DNA of 64,000 nt from Antedon mediterranea (lineage: Eukaryota; Animalia; Echinodermata), in NCBI RefSeq assembly GCF_964355755.1, contig NC_092672.1, positions 1,798,001 through 1,862,000 of the forward strand. Direction: 5' to 3'. This document shows positions 51,410-64,000 of this stretch, piece after piece. The position numbers were made by a program, and so were the translations under genes. A model generated the notes under the pieces. The model was not told where the DNA came from and ran no database searches. It worked only from the letters and a program-made list of their open reading frames with translations. Within the stretch, counting starts at the first letter, position 1; the number at the start of each line of letters is the position of its first letter.

Positions 51410-54400
51410 TTAGTAGTTATCAAGACCATATCTCCCCAGTACAAGGACTGAAGAATAGATCTCTTCACCAGTCGGTATGATTTGGTCGGCTGGTAACAGG
51501 AATCCATATTCACCAGTATCTCGTAGCTCCACCAGGTACGAGTACTTGGCTCCTAAGGTACCATATCCCCAGTCAACGCTGGCACCGGTAGCTACGTCTG
51601 TGGTATAAACATTACACGGTTTAATTAAATAGTGTATGCTGACTTACTCCAGAACTCATGACGTAGTAAATGACTTATGTATACATTTCATAATGATTTA
51701 CATAAATTTACGTATTCTGGTATTCAAATTTAGAAAAATGTTTAGGCCTACTAAAATCTTCCCTTCAACAATTTCTCTCCTCGACTGATTACTCTGAAGT
51801 CAGGGAGGTATAAAATAAATACACATCTCCACTGGTGAAGTCGTGTATTATAGTGGTTTATACTCTTCAGTCCAGGTATTAATGTATAGAATATGCTATA
51901 GACTCTATAGGACTACAGTACTTGGTCCTGGATACATAGATAATAACACTCTAAACTTACATAATGTTTTAGCCGATTGACCTGATATATATTCTTTTCC
52001 ATGAACTTTCTTAATTTCTGCTACAGCCTCATCTCCAAGAGCAAGCTACAGAAATTGTAAATAGACATTGTATTTATGAACGTGTACTATAAGTTCTCGA
52101 CGTCACCGTCAAACTGTGGTTGCCCGCAAGGACAATGCAAGTGATTTGACCAATCACAAGTGATGGATTATTCAAACTGTCGCTTGTCATTGGTCAATAG
52201 CTTGCGTTGCTCCTAGTGAGAACCAAGCTTTTATGTCGACTTTATTTAACGCGAGATAGATTTCCAGAGAACAGTTATACTAATAATCTAAGTTGAATTT
52301 TTTAGAAATTGCTCACTTGCTGATCTGCGTTTCGTGGGTTATCGACAGTAGAGTACGACCATGGTGCAAGCCAGAGCTGTGTGTAGCTGTGCCAGTCTAC
52401 GAATACACGTATATCTTGTGTCTTCTTCACATTTAATAGGTACTCGGTTACCGATATGATTTCAATCTCTGAGTGTGGCTCACTCCCTCGATATGTTCTG
52501 GAGCACGGCCATGTACTGGCTCCATCACCTGTATGAATTGGTTGAAAATGTTAGCTGATTTTATCGTGTACAGGTACAAAACACATTTGTAACTTTAAGA
52601 ACATTTGTTAATGTTTAATCATGCTTGATTGAATATCGAAATATTTTGTTTTCTGCGAATATCCGTATCTACAGCGAAAAGGTTTCCCTAAATGAAAGGT
52701 TTCCCTAAATGACATATGAAGATGTTAGACTGAGAAAATTAAAGTATTGGTTGAAGCATGGAGGAAAAGTGAATACTATTTCTCTATGGTTGAAAAGAAA
52801 ATCATTATAAGCTTTTAGTTATAATTAGTTATCATTTAGTTATAGTAGGCCTATATCGTTTTTTTTTTAAATAGAAGAAAGCTTAAATATTACCTCCCCA
52901 TTTGTAGGCCCAGTTTCTGTTGGCGTCAGTTCCTATGCACGATGTTCCCAGATTCGGAGATCGAGTTTTACGCCAAAGACGATCCTTGAACAAAAAAAAA
53001 GTTATAATAGACATTATCAGTGTTATTAAAGTATCCGTTGTGTGCAAGGTGGGGATGTGGGGGTGGTGGAAAAAATGTGAAGGGAGTGCGCATGCTTGGA
53101 TTCATTAGGAGCAGCAGATCAACATCACAACATCAACATCCTTTCCAGCTTCTTTCTCTTTACTGTTGCTTATTGAAGATAAATTTTGGATGAAAGGATG
53201 GATCCGACGGTAGTATGATAACTATAGCTATAATTATGTTAATGCAAGTGACTTTGTTGTAAAAATGTTATGATTGATACTCATGGTATAATAATAGTGA
53301 TGGTAAGTGTGTGACATGCCTGAAAGGTATAAGTTGTATTGTTGCAAGTAATTATGCATTGTATTAAATATTTACCGTACTCTGTACCGTGACATAGATC
53401 ATGGAAAAGGTGATATGACGTAATTGCCAGAAGATTAATTAATTTGCATAATATGTAGGTGAAGAAAGTCGAGAGGTATATAGCGAAAGACGATCAAGAA
53501 TGACAGAGGCGTATAATTCCGATTTATAAGATTGTGCCAAAACTATGGAAACGAGCAATGCAGTTGTTAATGGAGTTATTACACTATTCGTAAGTATACA
53601 AAGTAGTTTAATGATTGTTGGAATAATGTCATGAAACCGTGCGGAAGTCTTATGTATGAAAGAAAATTGACTATTGTGAAAGGCATTTGGTGAACTTGGG
53701 GACTTACCCCGTTCTTGTCGTCCCACGTGTATGCATAGCCGTCCACATTGAGTGAAGGCACTATCAGCCAATCCAAACCGTCCAGGAGGCGTACCTCCTC
53801 GGTACTACCGGCAGCATAATTCTCAAGTAGCTAATAAAATATTAATTTAGGCCTATTATTTAACATTCTTTAATGTGTTTTCTCTATTTTGAGACTTTTA
53901 ATATAGTAGGCCTAATATTAATAATGACGGAATTTAAGGATTTTGAGGATTAATGCCATATTTATAGTTGGCATGTAGTAAGATAGTGGGATGTGTGGAA
54001 ATAAACAGTGAATTATTGCTTCTTTAGAAAGTACATTTTTAAAATAAAACTTCTAATTTCTTACTCTGTTGGTGAAATACACCACTGTAGCCGGTGAAAT
54101 CCATTCTCTTGCGTGGATACCGCCCTCAATCCAGACAACCGGTTTCCCTGAACCGCCAGATCCCTTTAACTAATTGTAAGTAAGTTTTAGAAAAGTTTAT
54201 AAGAACCAAATAATCTACGTTATTCAGTGTGAGAATGTCTAATGAATTGTGTAATGTTTTATGAACTTTATGCGTACGTCTAATGGACCTTGCTGCCATT
54301 ACTTGTTTAGGCCTATAACTATTTGCATAATAATACCTCTCGTGTTGTAAAATATGACAAAGATATATTGAGGTGAATCCACACAAAAGAAAAAAACCAT

Positions 54401-55804
54401 TATGACGACCAATTGGGCCTACCTACCTTTATTCCTCCAATTGGTCTGCCTTCATACGAATTCCCAATTGTAAATTCTTCTGTTATCATTGGGTACGCGG
54501 CTACCATATCTTTTATCCATTGCTGAATCTAGATAAATAAAACGAATCATTCTTAGGCATATTTTGCAATCCGGCCTTCTATTTTAAGTCTAAAATGAAG
54601 AACAAAATAATTCTTTAAATGTTGTATGTATTGCTAACACATTTTGAAAAGGGAGTAAAGGTTCCTATTTACGACAAATACAAGGAACATTTTGTGACGC
54701 ATTGATGATACAAACCCTCTTGAAGAAAAAAAGACAATTTGCGCTCATTTGATGAAACTCGAGAAGAACTCGCATTTTGGAAATGTTATAGGTATAGGCC
54801 ATATGTCTGTTTGATTGGATGTAATGATGTGTTATAATTTTTCTATGGGACGTAAACAACTAACATGTATATTAGTGACTCCACCCAGATCTACCACCTG
54901 AGCTGATGTGTTTTTAGAAATCAAAATTAATGGAGAAAATAATCACAAACGTAGGCCAAATGTGAAAGTAACTTATAAAGCATTCTGGTTACCTCCTCGT
55001 ACGTATGATACGTAGAATAGTCAAATGACGCTAAGTCACTACTGGTCACGCGGTCATCCATTCGCTGGTCATCTATAACTTTCTGGACGTCATCCATCAT
55101 CACATTAAATTTTAGGCCAGCAGCTTCAAGAAGTGTTTTGACATAGTGTTGTTCTTGTGGTTTTACCATGACGTCAACTGGTCTGGAGAGGGCTCGTGTA
55201 GATTGCCAAAACTCAACTCTGTCTCCAAGTCGATTTTCCATGTCATGCATCAGGTTTAGCTCACTTTCAGAATTCAACGTCACTCGTAAAACTTGGTAAC
55301 TTATTCATAAAAGTAATGACATGTTTTGAATAGGATAATTATGATAATGCTGAGTGATGGCAACATAGATGAAAACAGAAGGTTATTAATGTTATATGTG
55401 TGTTCAGAGAAACAATAAACACAAACAAAACGTTTAAACATTCAAAACAAACGTGTAGATCTTTTAAGTGTGATTCCCACTAGAGACGCAACAAATGGAC
55501 GTAGGCGCAAGCAAGACCAATGACAAGCGACAATTCGAACAATCCATCGTTTGTGATTGGTCACTTCGGGCTGGGTTGCGTCCTCTAATCGGAACTACGC
55601 TTTAACGGAAAGTACGAGGATACTTTCGAATTATCACATCAGTAAGCCTACATACACCAAGTACCCTACTTCAGTACCATGATATACTTTTTAAGCTAAC
55701 TAGTTTTGTTTAGATGTTTATACTTACCCATCATAGCGCGTTTGTTCGGCAACCACGAGCGCAGCCAAGAAGCATAGCACAGCAACCGTTTTGTAATAAT
55801 TCAT
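51410..55804 (-). CDS. Zinc carboxypeptidase M14A (pancreatic CPA/CPB-like preproenzyme), copy 1, 9 exons
   Basis: Approximate exons 55804-55728, 55299-54993, 54528-54428, 54169-54064, 53830-53708, 52984-52894, 52528-52318, 52045-51961, 51597-51410. Features: signal peptide [19 protein letters not shown], prodomain, GIHAREWI (H69/E72), NVDGY, WRKTR, DANRNW, DWHSY (H196), Y248, [14 protein letters not shown] (E270). Confidence 0.93.
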
Positions 55805-56382
55805 TGTTACCCCTGTGACATCAAATACTCTAATGAACTGTAAGGCTTGTATATTACCTTTTAGAATGTATTGAAATTATCTTATTAAATAAATACCAGC
55901 ATATTGTTTTCAAACCTGCTGACGAGTTCCCACCATGAAGATTTGATAGATGTTCTTATCGCAACAAGCTTGACAAATTGTATTATTTTCGCGCGGTTTG
56001 GTGGTTTTTCGCGCGCTTTATCGGCAATTGGTAGGATATGGCGATTCTGCTAGATCATATTTTGTTTGTTTCTTTATCAATCTTATTGGTTAATACTCGA
56101 AATGATGATAACGTTATTCAAAATTTTATAGCTGTATACCAAATAATATTTCCAAATTTATAAATTAGACCTATGTAATTTAGAAGTTGCGTATTTTTGT
56201 TTAAAACAATATGTAGTTGTATCAAGTCAAATGTTGGTTAGCAATTCAGCATTTAATTCGAAATACAATGTCGTTTTTGCATTCTGTTGATTATGCTACG
56301 AAATAATTCTGTACTATTATGTTACTGTCTGCACAGTACTTTGTTATAATATAAAAACTATAGTATAATATACTGTACTCTC

Positions 56383-56510
56383 TAAAGCTCTGTCTACACT
56401 ATCAAACTTTACGTGACATCATCACTTCCATATTTGGGTATATCACTACCATATTTTGGTACATCACTCTTTTTTGTCAAATTAATTTACTAGTACAGTA
56501 TAGACACAGA
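56383..56510. mobile_element. MITE family A copy; an equivalent copy lies at 61733-61913
   Basis: TIR TAAAGCTCTGTCTACACTATCAAACT sits at the same position in the spacers downstream of carboxypeptidase copies 2 and 3. Confidence 0.8.
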
Positions 56511-56950
56511 TAATTAGTATATTAAGTATTTCCGTTTGTCGCAGTTGCGTGCTTTAATTTCGACGCTCAAATTGTTTTTTTTTATTATAGGCCTGGAGTA
56601 GGCCTACGTCACCTTGTTGATCGTTACATGATTACAGAACACAATCACAATCTTTATCTGCAATTATATGTTTATTATTATTTCCGGTTTCAGTGAAAAC
56701 ATATAATTCAAATCGAGTGTTTCCACATTCTAGATTCAAACAATATTAAAGCGTTGCTTCTTTAAGACGAAACGCAAAGAAGTACGCGCAGCAAAAATAA
56801 TTTAACCAGTCAAAAACGACAGTATGATCGGTTACTTGTGATTGTTTGAAATTAGTTGCGCTGCGTGTACGCATTTCTGATGCGTTTGGATGATTGACAT
56901 TGATCTTGTGGAGTGCTGGAAAAGATAATGGAAATATTCACTAGATACAT

Positions 56951-59900
56951 TTAGTATTTATCAAGGCCATATCTCCCTAGTACAAGGACTGATGGATAGA
57001 TCTCTTCACCCGTCGGTATGATTTGGTCGGCTGGTAACAGGAATCCATAATCACCAGTATCTCGTAGCTCCACTACGTACGAGTACTTGGCTCCTAAGGT
57101 ACCATATCCCCAGTCAACACTGGCACCGGCAGCTGAGTCTGTGGTATAAACATTAAACTTGGTTTAAATACTGTATGCTGACGTCAAACTCCAGAACTCA
57201 TGACGTAGTAAATGAGTAATGTATACATTTCATTAAATGATTTGCATAAATTTACGTATTCTGGTATTCACATTTTGAAAAACGTTTAGGCCTACTAAAA
57301 TCTTGCCTTCAACAAATTCTCTCCTCGACTCGTTACTCTGAAGTCAGAGAGGTGTAAAATAAATACACACATCCACTGGTGAAGTCGTCTATTTTAGTGG
57401 TTTGTACTCTTCAGTACAGGTATAATGTTGGATATGCTATAGACTCTATAGGACTACTTCTTGGTCGTGGATGAACGTAACATAATAATAACACTTACAT
57501 AATGTTTTAGCCGATGGACCTGATATATATTCTTTTCCATGAATCTTCTTGATTTCTGCTACAGCCTCATCTCCAAGAGCAAGCTACAGAAATTGTAAAT
57601 AGACATTATTTATGAACGTGTACTATCAGTTCTCGACGTCACCAGCTAACTTTTGTTGCCCGAAAGGACAATGCAAGTAATTTGACCAATCACAAGTGAT
57701 GAATTATTCAAACTGTCGCTTGTCATTGGTCAATAGCTTCCATTGCTCCTAGTGAGAAACAAGCTTTTATTTCGACTTTATTTAACGCGAAATAGATTTC
57801 CAGGGAACAGTTATACTAATAATCTAAATTGAATTTTGTATAAATTGCTCACTTGCTGATCTGAATTTCGTGGGTTTTCCACAGTAGCAGAGTACGACCA
57901 AGGAGCCAGCCAGAGCTGTGAGTAGCTATGCCAGTCTACGAATACACGTACATCTTGTGTCTTGTTCACATTTAATAGGTAGTCGGTTACCGATCTGATT
58001 TCAATCTCTGAGTGTGGCTCACTCCCTCGATATGTGATTGAACACGGCCATGTACTGGCTCCATCACCTGTATGAATTAGTTGAAAATGTTAGCTGATTT
58101 TATCGTGTACACGTACAATACAAAGTTGTAGATTAAAGAACATTTTTTAATGTTTAATCTGCTTGGTCGAATATCGAAAGATTCTGTTTTCTGCGAATAT
58201 CCGTATCTACAGAGAAAAGGTTTCCCTAAATGACATATGAAGATGTTAGACTGAGAAAATTAAAGTATTGGTTGAAGCATGGAGGAAAAATGAATATTTC
58301 TCTATGGTTGAAGAGAAAATCATTATAGGCTTTTAGTTATAGGCCTAATTAGTTTTCATTTAGTTATATTATACCTATATCGTGTTTTTTTTAAATATAA
58401 GAAAGCCTAAATATTACCTCCCCATTTATAGGCCCAGTTTCTGTTGGGATCAGTTCCTATGCACAATGTGCCCGGATTCGGAGATCGAGTTTTACGCCAA
58501 AGACGATCCTTGAAGAAAACAAATGATTGTGAATCATAATTAGGCAATATCAGTGTTATTTTAGTATAGATCATTTTTGTGTGCAAGGTGGGGATAAGGG
58601 GTGGGAGAGAAATGGGGAGGGATGCGCATGCTTGGATTCTTCATAAGCAGCAGATCAACATCAAAACATCAACATCATTATCAGCTTCTTTCTCTTTTGC
58701 TTATTGGAGAATAAAAGGATGGATCCGACGGTACTATGACAACTGTAGCTATAATTAGGCCCTATGCTGATACAATTGCCTTTGTTGTAAAAATGTTATG
58801 ATTGATACTCAATAAAAAAGATAATGATGATGATAAGTGTGTTACAGGCCTGAAAGGTATAAGTTGCATTGTTGAAAGTAATTATTCATTGTATTAAATA
58901 TTTACCGTACTCTGTACCGTGACATAGATCGTGGAAAAGGTGATATGACGTAATTGCCAGAAGAGTAATTTGCATGTAGGTGAAGAAAGTCGAGAGGTAT
59001 ATGGCGAAAGACGATCAAGAATGACAGTGGCGTATAATTCCGATTTATGAGATTGTGCCAAAACTATGGAAGCGGGCAATGCGAATGTTACTGGAGTTAT
59101 TACACTATTCGTGAGTATACAATGTAGTTTATTAGTTGGAATAATGTCATGAAAAGTCTTACGTATGAATGGTAAAGAAAATTGACTTTTGTGAAAGGCA
59201 TTTGGTGAACTTGGGGACTTACCCCGCTCCACGTGTACGCATAGCCGTCCACATTGAGTGAAGGCACTATCAGCCAATCCAAGCCATCCAGAAGACGTAC
59301 CTCCTCGGCGCTCCCGGCATTATAATTCTCAAGTAGCTTTAAAATAAAAGGCATTATTAAAGCTATGTGGCCTACAAATATGGCAATTTTTAGTAGGTTG
59401 GGGCGGGGTGGGGCGGGGGGTGTTGATTCTGAGGAAAGATAAATTAATTTAGGCCTACTATTTCACATTCCTTAATGTGTTGTCCTTTTTTAGCGGGAAG
59501 ACCCTTCGATAGTAATTATAATGATGAAATTGAAGAATTTTAGGTGATGGTAAGATAGTATGTGGAAATACACAGTGAATTACCACTTTTTCAACAATAT
59601 ATTTTTGTTATCGAAACTCAAAATTTTGATTTCTTACTTTGTTGGTGAAATACATCACTGTAGCGGGTGAAATCCATTCTCTTGCGTGGATACCGCCTTC
59701 AAACCAAACAACTGGTTTTCCTATACTGCCAGATCCCTTTAACTAATAATACGAGAAAGAAAGAAACATAATTTACAGCCCATAGGACTTTCTGCAATTT
59801 TCACTGTTTTTACTGTTTCATCTGATTTGATAATAGTATTCTATTTATACATTTTACGTGCTTCCTCTCGAATATATTAAATGTGGACGAAACCTACACA

Positions 59901-61163
59901 GAAGGTAAAACCAACGACTAATTAGGCTTTCCCATACCTTTATTCCTCCAATTGGTCTGCCTTCATACGAATTTCCAATTGTAAATTCTTCTGTTATCCC
60001 TGGGTACGCTGCTACCATATCTTTTATCCATTGCTGGATCTAGATAAAAAAAGAGAACGAATTACTTTTAGTTATACTTTTCTAGTTATACTTTTCAGTT
60101 ATAAAAAAATATGAAAAACAAAATGATGTTTTCCATATTTTTAACACATTTTGAAAAGGGTGTAAAGGTTTCCATTTTCGACAAATAATTGATTGATAAT
60201 GCAGCCGATCTTGAGAAAAAACGCAACTTGCGCTCATTTGATGAAACTGCACGAAGCATCAGTGAGAGAAGCATTTTGGAAATTGTATAGGTTAGGCTAT
60301 TTATTTGTTTATAAAATGTAAATAACTAAAATGTATATAGTGAAGAAATCAAAATTCATGTGGAAAATGAACAGAAACGTAGACTAAATGCGTCAATCAA
60401 CTGCATTCTGGTTTTTACCTCCTCGTACGTATGATACACAGAATAGTCAAATGTCGCTAAGTCACTACTGGTCACACGGTCATCCATTCGCTGGTCATCT
60501 ATAACTTTCTGGACGTCATCCATCATCACATCAAATTCTAGGCCAGCAGCTTCAAGAAGTGTTTTGACATAGTGTTGTTCTTGTGGTTTTACCATGACGT
60601 CAACTGGTCTGGAGAGGGCTCGTGTAGATTGCCAAAACTCCACTCTGTCTCCAAGTCGTTTTTCCATTTCATGCATCAGGTTCAGCTCACGTTCAGAATT
60701 CAACGTAACGCGGAAAACTTGGTAACTTATTCATAAAAATAATGACATGTTTTGAGAAGAAAGGATAATTTATATGACATTGCTGAGTGATGGCAACATA
60801 GATGAAAACAGAACTTATTAATGTTATAGTGTGCGCAGAGAAACAATAAAAACAAACAAAACGTTTAAACATTCGAAAGAACGTGTAGATCTTTTAATGT
60901 GGTTCGCACTAGAGACGCAACGTATGGACGTAGGCGCAAGCAAGTTGACCAATGACAAGCTACAGTTTGAACAATCCGTCGTTTGTTATTGGTCACTTGC
61001 GTTGTGTCCTAGTCGGAACTACGCTTTAACGGAACGTGCGAGGATATTTATTTCTAACCCTAACTATCACATCAGTATATACTTACCCATCATATCGCGT
61101 TTGTTCGGCAACCACGAGCGCAGCCAAGAGGCATACCACAGCAACCGTTTTGTAATAATTCAT
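56951..61163 (-). CDS. Zinc carboxypeptidase M14A, tandem copy 2, 9 exons
   Basis: Same exon structure and catalytic residues as copy 1 ([33 protein letters not shown]). ATG at 61163, stop at 56951-56953. Confidence 0.93.
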
Positions 61164-62337
61164 TGTTACCCCTGTGACATCAACTACTCTTATGAACTGT
61201 AAATGTTGTATATTACAATTTAATATATTCAAATTATCTTATTAAATAAATACCAGCATATTGTTTTCAAACCTGCTGACGAGTTCCCACCCTGAAGATT
61301 TGATAAATGTTCTTCTTATCGCAACAAGCTTTGACGAATTGTATTATTTTCACGCGGTTTGGTTGTTTTTCGCGCGCTTTATCGGCGATTGGTAGGATAT
61401 GATGATTATGCAAGATTATAGTTTGTTTGTTTCTTGATCAATCTTATTGGTTAATACTCGAAATGATGATAACGTTATTAAAAACTTGCTGTATACCAAA
61501 TAATATTTCCAAATTCATAAATTATGTAATTTAGTCAAATGATGGTTAGCAATTCAACATTTAATTAGAAATTGAATTGTCAACACTAAATACAGTGCTG
61601 TGTTTCCATTCTGTCGATTATGCTACGAAATAATTATACTAGCCTATACTATTAGGTTACTGTCTGCACATTATAATGTATTATATTAATGTACAAATAT
61701 TATAATATAAAAACTAAATATACTGTACTTTCTAAAGCTCTGTCTACACTATCAAACTTTATGTAACAACAAAATGTGATAGATATATATATAGACATAA
61801 TGATGTCATATCACTACCATATTTGGGTACATCACTACCATATTTGGGTACATCACTACCATATTTGGGTACATCACGCTTTTTTTCAAACTAGCTTGAT
61901 AGTGTAGACAGAGATAAGTATATTATGTATTTCCATTTATCGCAGTTTGTGCTTTAATTTCGGCGCTCAAATTGTTTTTTTTTATTATAGGCCTAAAGTA
62001 CGTCACGTCACCTTGTTGATCGTTGCATGACTACAGAACACAATCACAATCTTTATCTGCAATTAGATGTTTATTATTATTCTTCAAATAACAATAATAA
62101 TTCAAATCGGTCAGTGTTTCCACATTCTAGATTCAAACAATATCAAAGCGCAACGCAAAGAAGTACGCGCAGCAAAAATAATTTGACCAATCACAAACGA
62201 CAGAATGATCGGTTACTTGTGATTGTTTGAAATTAGTTGCGCTGCGTGTACGTACTTCCGGTGCGTCCTAGTTTCGAAGCAAGATTTACATTGATTGCTC
62301 TTGTGGAGTGTGCTGCCAATGGAATTCACTAGATATG

Positions 62338-62362
62338 TTAGTATTTATCAAGGCCATATCTC
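62338..62362 (-). pseudogene. 3' tip (RYGLDKY*) of a third carboxypeptidase copy, interrupted at 62363
   Basis: TTAGTATTTATCAAGGCCATATCTC is identical to 56951-56975 and is preceded by the homologous spacer. Similarity stops abruptly. Confidence 0.7.
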
Positions 62363-62371
62363 TAAAGAGAC

Positions 62372-63021
62372 TGTTTATGTTTACTTATTAACCTAGGAGG
62401 ACAATTAAGTCTCTTCGGTGTAACTACACACTCATCATTTGTACTCACCTAATCCTTTCTAGGCTGGTACGTGATGGGTATAGTTTGTGTCCTTCTTTGG
62501 TTGTGTCTTCGCTTCAAGAGAGAGAGTTTTGCCTCTCGCACATTCAACGCCTGGGGCTGGTCGTGACGTATCTCGCCACTGGCCAGTCCCAGGGCCGGAT
62601 TCGGGGGTTGAGTGCGCGTAGGCCCGGCGATTGGCTGTGACGTATAGATGACGTAACCACTAGCCAATCGCCAGGCACTACAATCCTCCTCGTTTTATTT
62701 TCTTTGTTTCCTGCCCCCCTGACTATTCTCTGACTGGTCTTCCCAAGGGAGACAGGCGCATTTTAGTTCACCGTCAGTGTCTGACATTGCTGTTCAATTT
62801 GATATTGGATTTCAAGTTCATTTGAAAGTTCATTTGATTTCAAGTTCATTTGAAAGTTCTTTTGATTTCCAGTTCCTTTTAAAGTTCATTTGATTTCAAG
62901 TTCATTTGAAAGTTCCTTTGATTTCCAGTTCCTTTTAAAGTTCATTTGATAGTTCCTTTGAAGGTGCACTTTGATTTTAAGTTCATTTTCCATGGTGGGT
63001 CCTCCACTCCTTCCTCTTCTT

Positions 63022-63062
<41 letters not shown>

Positions 63063-63865
63063 GTAACACAACGGGGGGCACAGCCCCAACAAGAACAGGA
63101 TTTGAACAACTGAACACCAGAACGTCAAGGTGGGGGAATTACCCCAACAATTACAATTTGAACATATGAAAGCCAACAGGGGACTAAAGAGTCCCGAATA
63201 AAAAAATGTTGCCATAACAATCGAACAGTGGGCAATACATACGAACAATTGAAAAAAGAAATAAAGAAACAAGAAAATCAAATCCCTTCAAGCCATGTGG
63301 CATAGGGTATCCATCGGGTTGCTGACCGGCACCGCGTTCCAGGGAACACTGGTACCTGACAGCCCCCCGGAAGAGAACAAATCTGAGGAACACCGTTCTA
63401 GGGGTACAGAATTACAGATTTGAGAAAAGAAGGCACAAGCCTATGGGGATTGGCAAAAATTTAGCACACAACAGTAAAATTTTGTTCTGGAATTCCAGTA
63501 TATAGGGCTGACTGTTTGTGTGTATACAAAATATTTTAATTATGAGGGAAATTGTCAAAAAGAGACCGCACTGCCAATCGTAATTGAAACAAGGGACTTA
63601 CGGTCCCAGCTAAATAAGTAGAGGACATGTTGGACCTCAAATTTTGGGGTGGGAAGAGGATTTGCTCTTCGCCAATTTTTGGGCGTGCGGTGACTAAGGA
63701 CAGACAATTGTCCTGGGGTACAACAATGTTATACGCAAGTACACCAAGAAGGGGTGTACTGTATTCAAGTGATTAGAACGGTGTGGTATAGTAATAATCG
63801 TTTTGAAGAATTGAGTCCTGTTAAAGAATTGAGTTCTTTTACTTTTTTTTTTTTTTTTCTTTATT

Positions 63866-63909
<44 letters not shown>

Positions 63910-64000
63910 TATATATCCAAACCAACGGCTCCCGTGGCGTGATCCTTAGCTGCCCCATTCTTGCTCCAAGGTCAGCCCGTCCAGGAACACCTGCAGCATT
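62372..64000 (-). mobile_element. Probable 3' end of an LTR retrotransposon (3' LTR ~62372/62419-62682, PPT, internal 3' region)
   Basis: On the minus strand a purine tract AAGAAAATAAAACGAGGAGGA precedes (after one T) TGTAGTG at 62682. The segment is GC-rich and ends in ACA. A short tandem repeat lies at ~62810-62990 and a frame ends ...LEQEWGS* near 63946. No diagnostic pol motif is inside the window. Confidence 0.5.

Noticed and set aside
53439-59277. Paired ORFs [13 protein letters not shown]... as a separate duplicated gene
   Set aside because: Alternative frame of carboxypeptidase exon 5 running into the duplicated intron.

Overview
This is AT-rich, intron-containing animal DNA from an invertebrate, possibly an echinoderm or other deuterostome (weak inference). 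It is not prokaryotic, so most ORF-track entries are exon fragments or repeat artefacts. From left to right: (1) the 5' part of a Ty3/gypsy LTR retrotransposon on the minus strand, with LTR, tRNA-Leu PBS, and a Gag carrying a SCAN-like capsid, zinc knuckle and protease that runs off the left edge; (2) a tRNA-headed Deu/Nin-domain SINE; (3) bleomycin hydrolase (10 exons, +); (4) VPS33A (15 exons, +); (5) a convergent furin-type matrix metalloproteinase, probably GPI-anchored (9 exons, -); (6) two complete tandem M14A carboxypeptidase genes plus the 3' tip of a third, cut by a probable LTR element (-). Introns and spacers carry two abundant palindromic MITE families, Harbinger-, hAT-, Kolobok- and Tc1-like non-autonomous elements, a tandem Helentron-type dimer, a 1.7-kb TIR element with a 6-bp TSD, a degenerate hammerhead motif and several minisatellites. 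I cannot support a wholly new biological system. The best leads are the C-terminal extension on bleomycin hydrolase, the unclassified 6-bp-TSD transposon, the Helentron dimer, the SCAN-Gag element and the carboxypeptidase array. Gene models were read by eye and no database searches were run.
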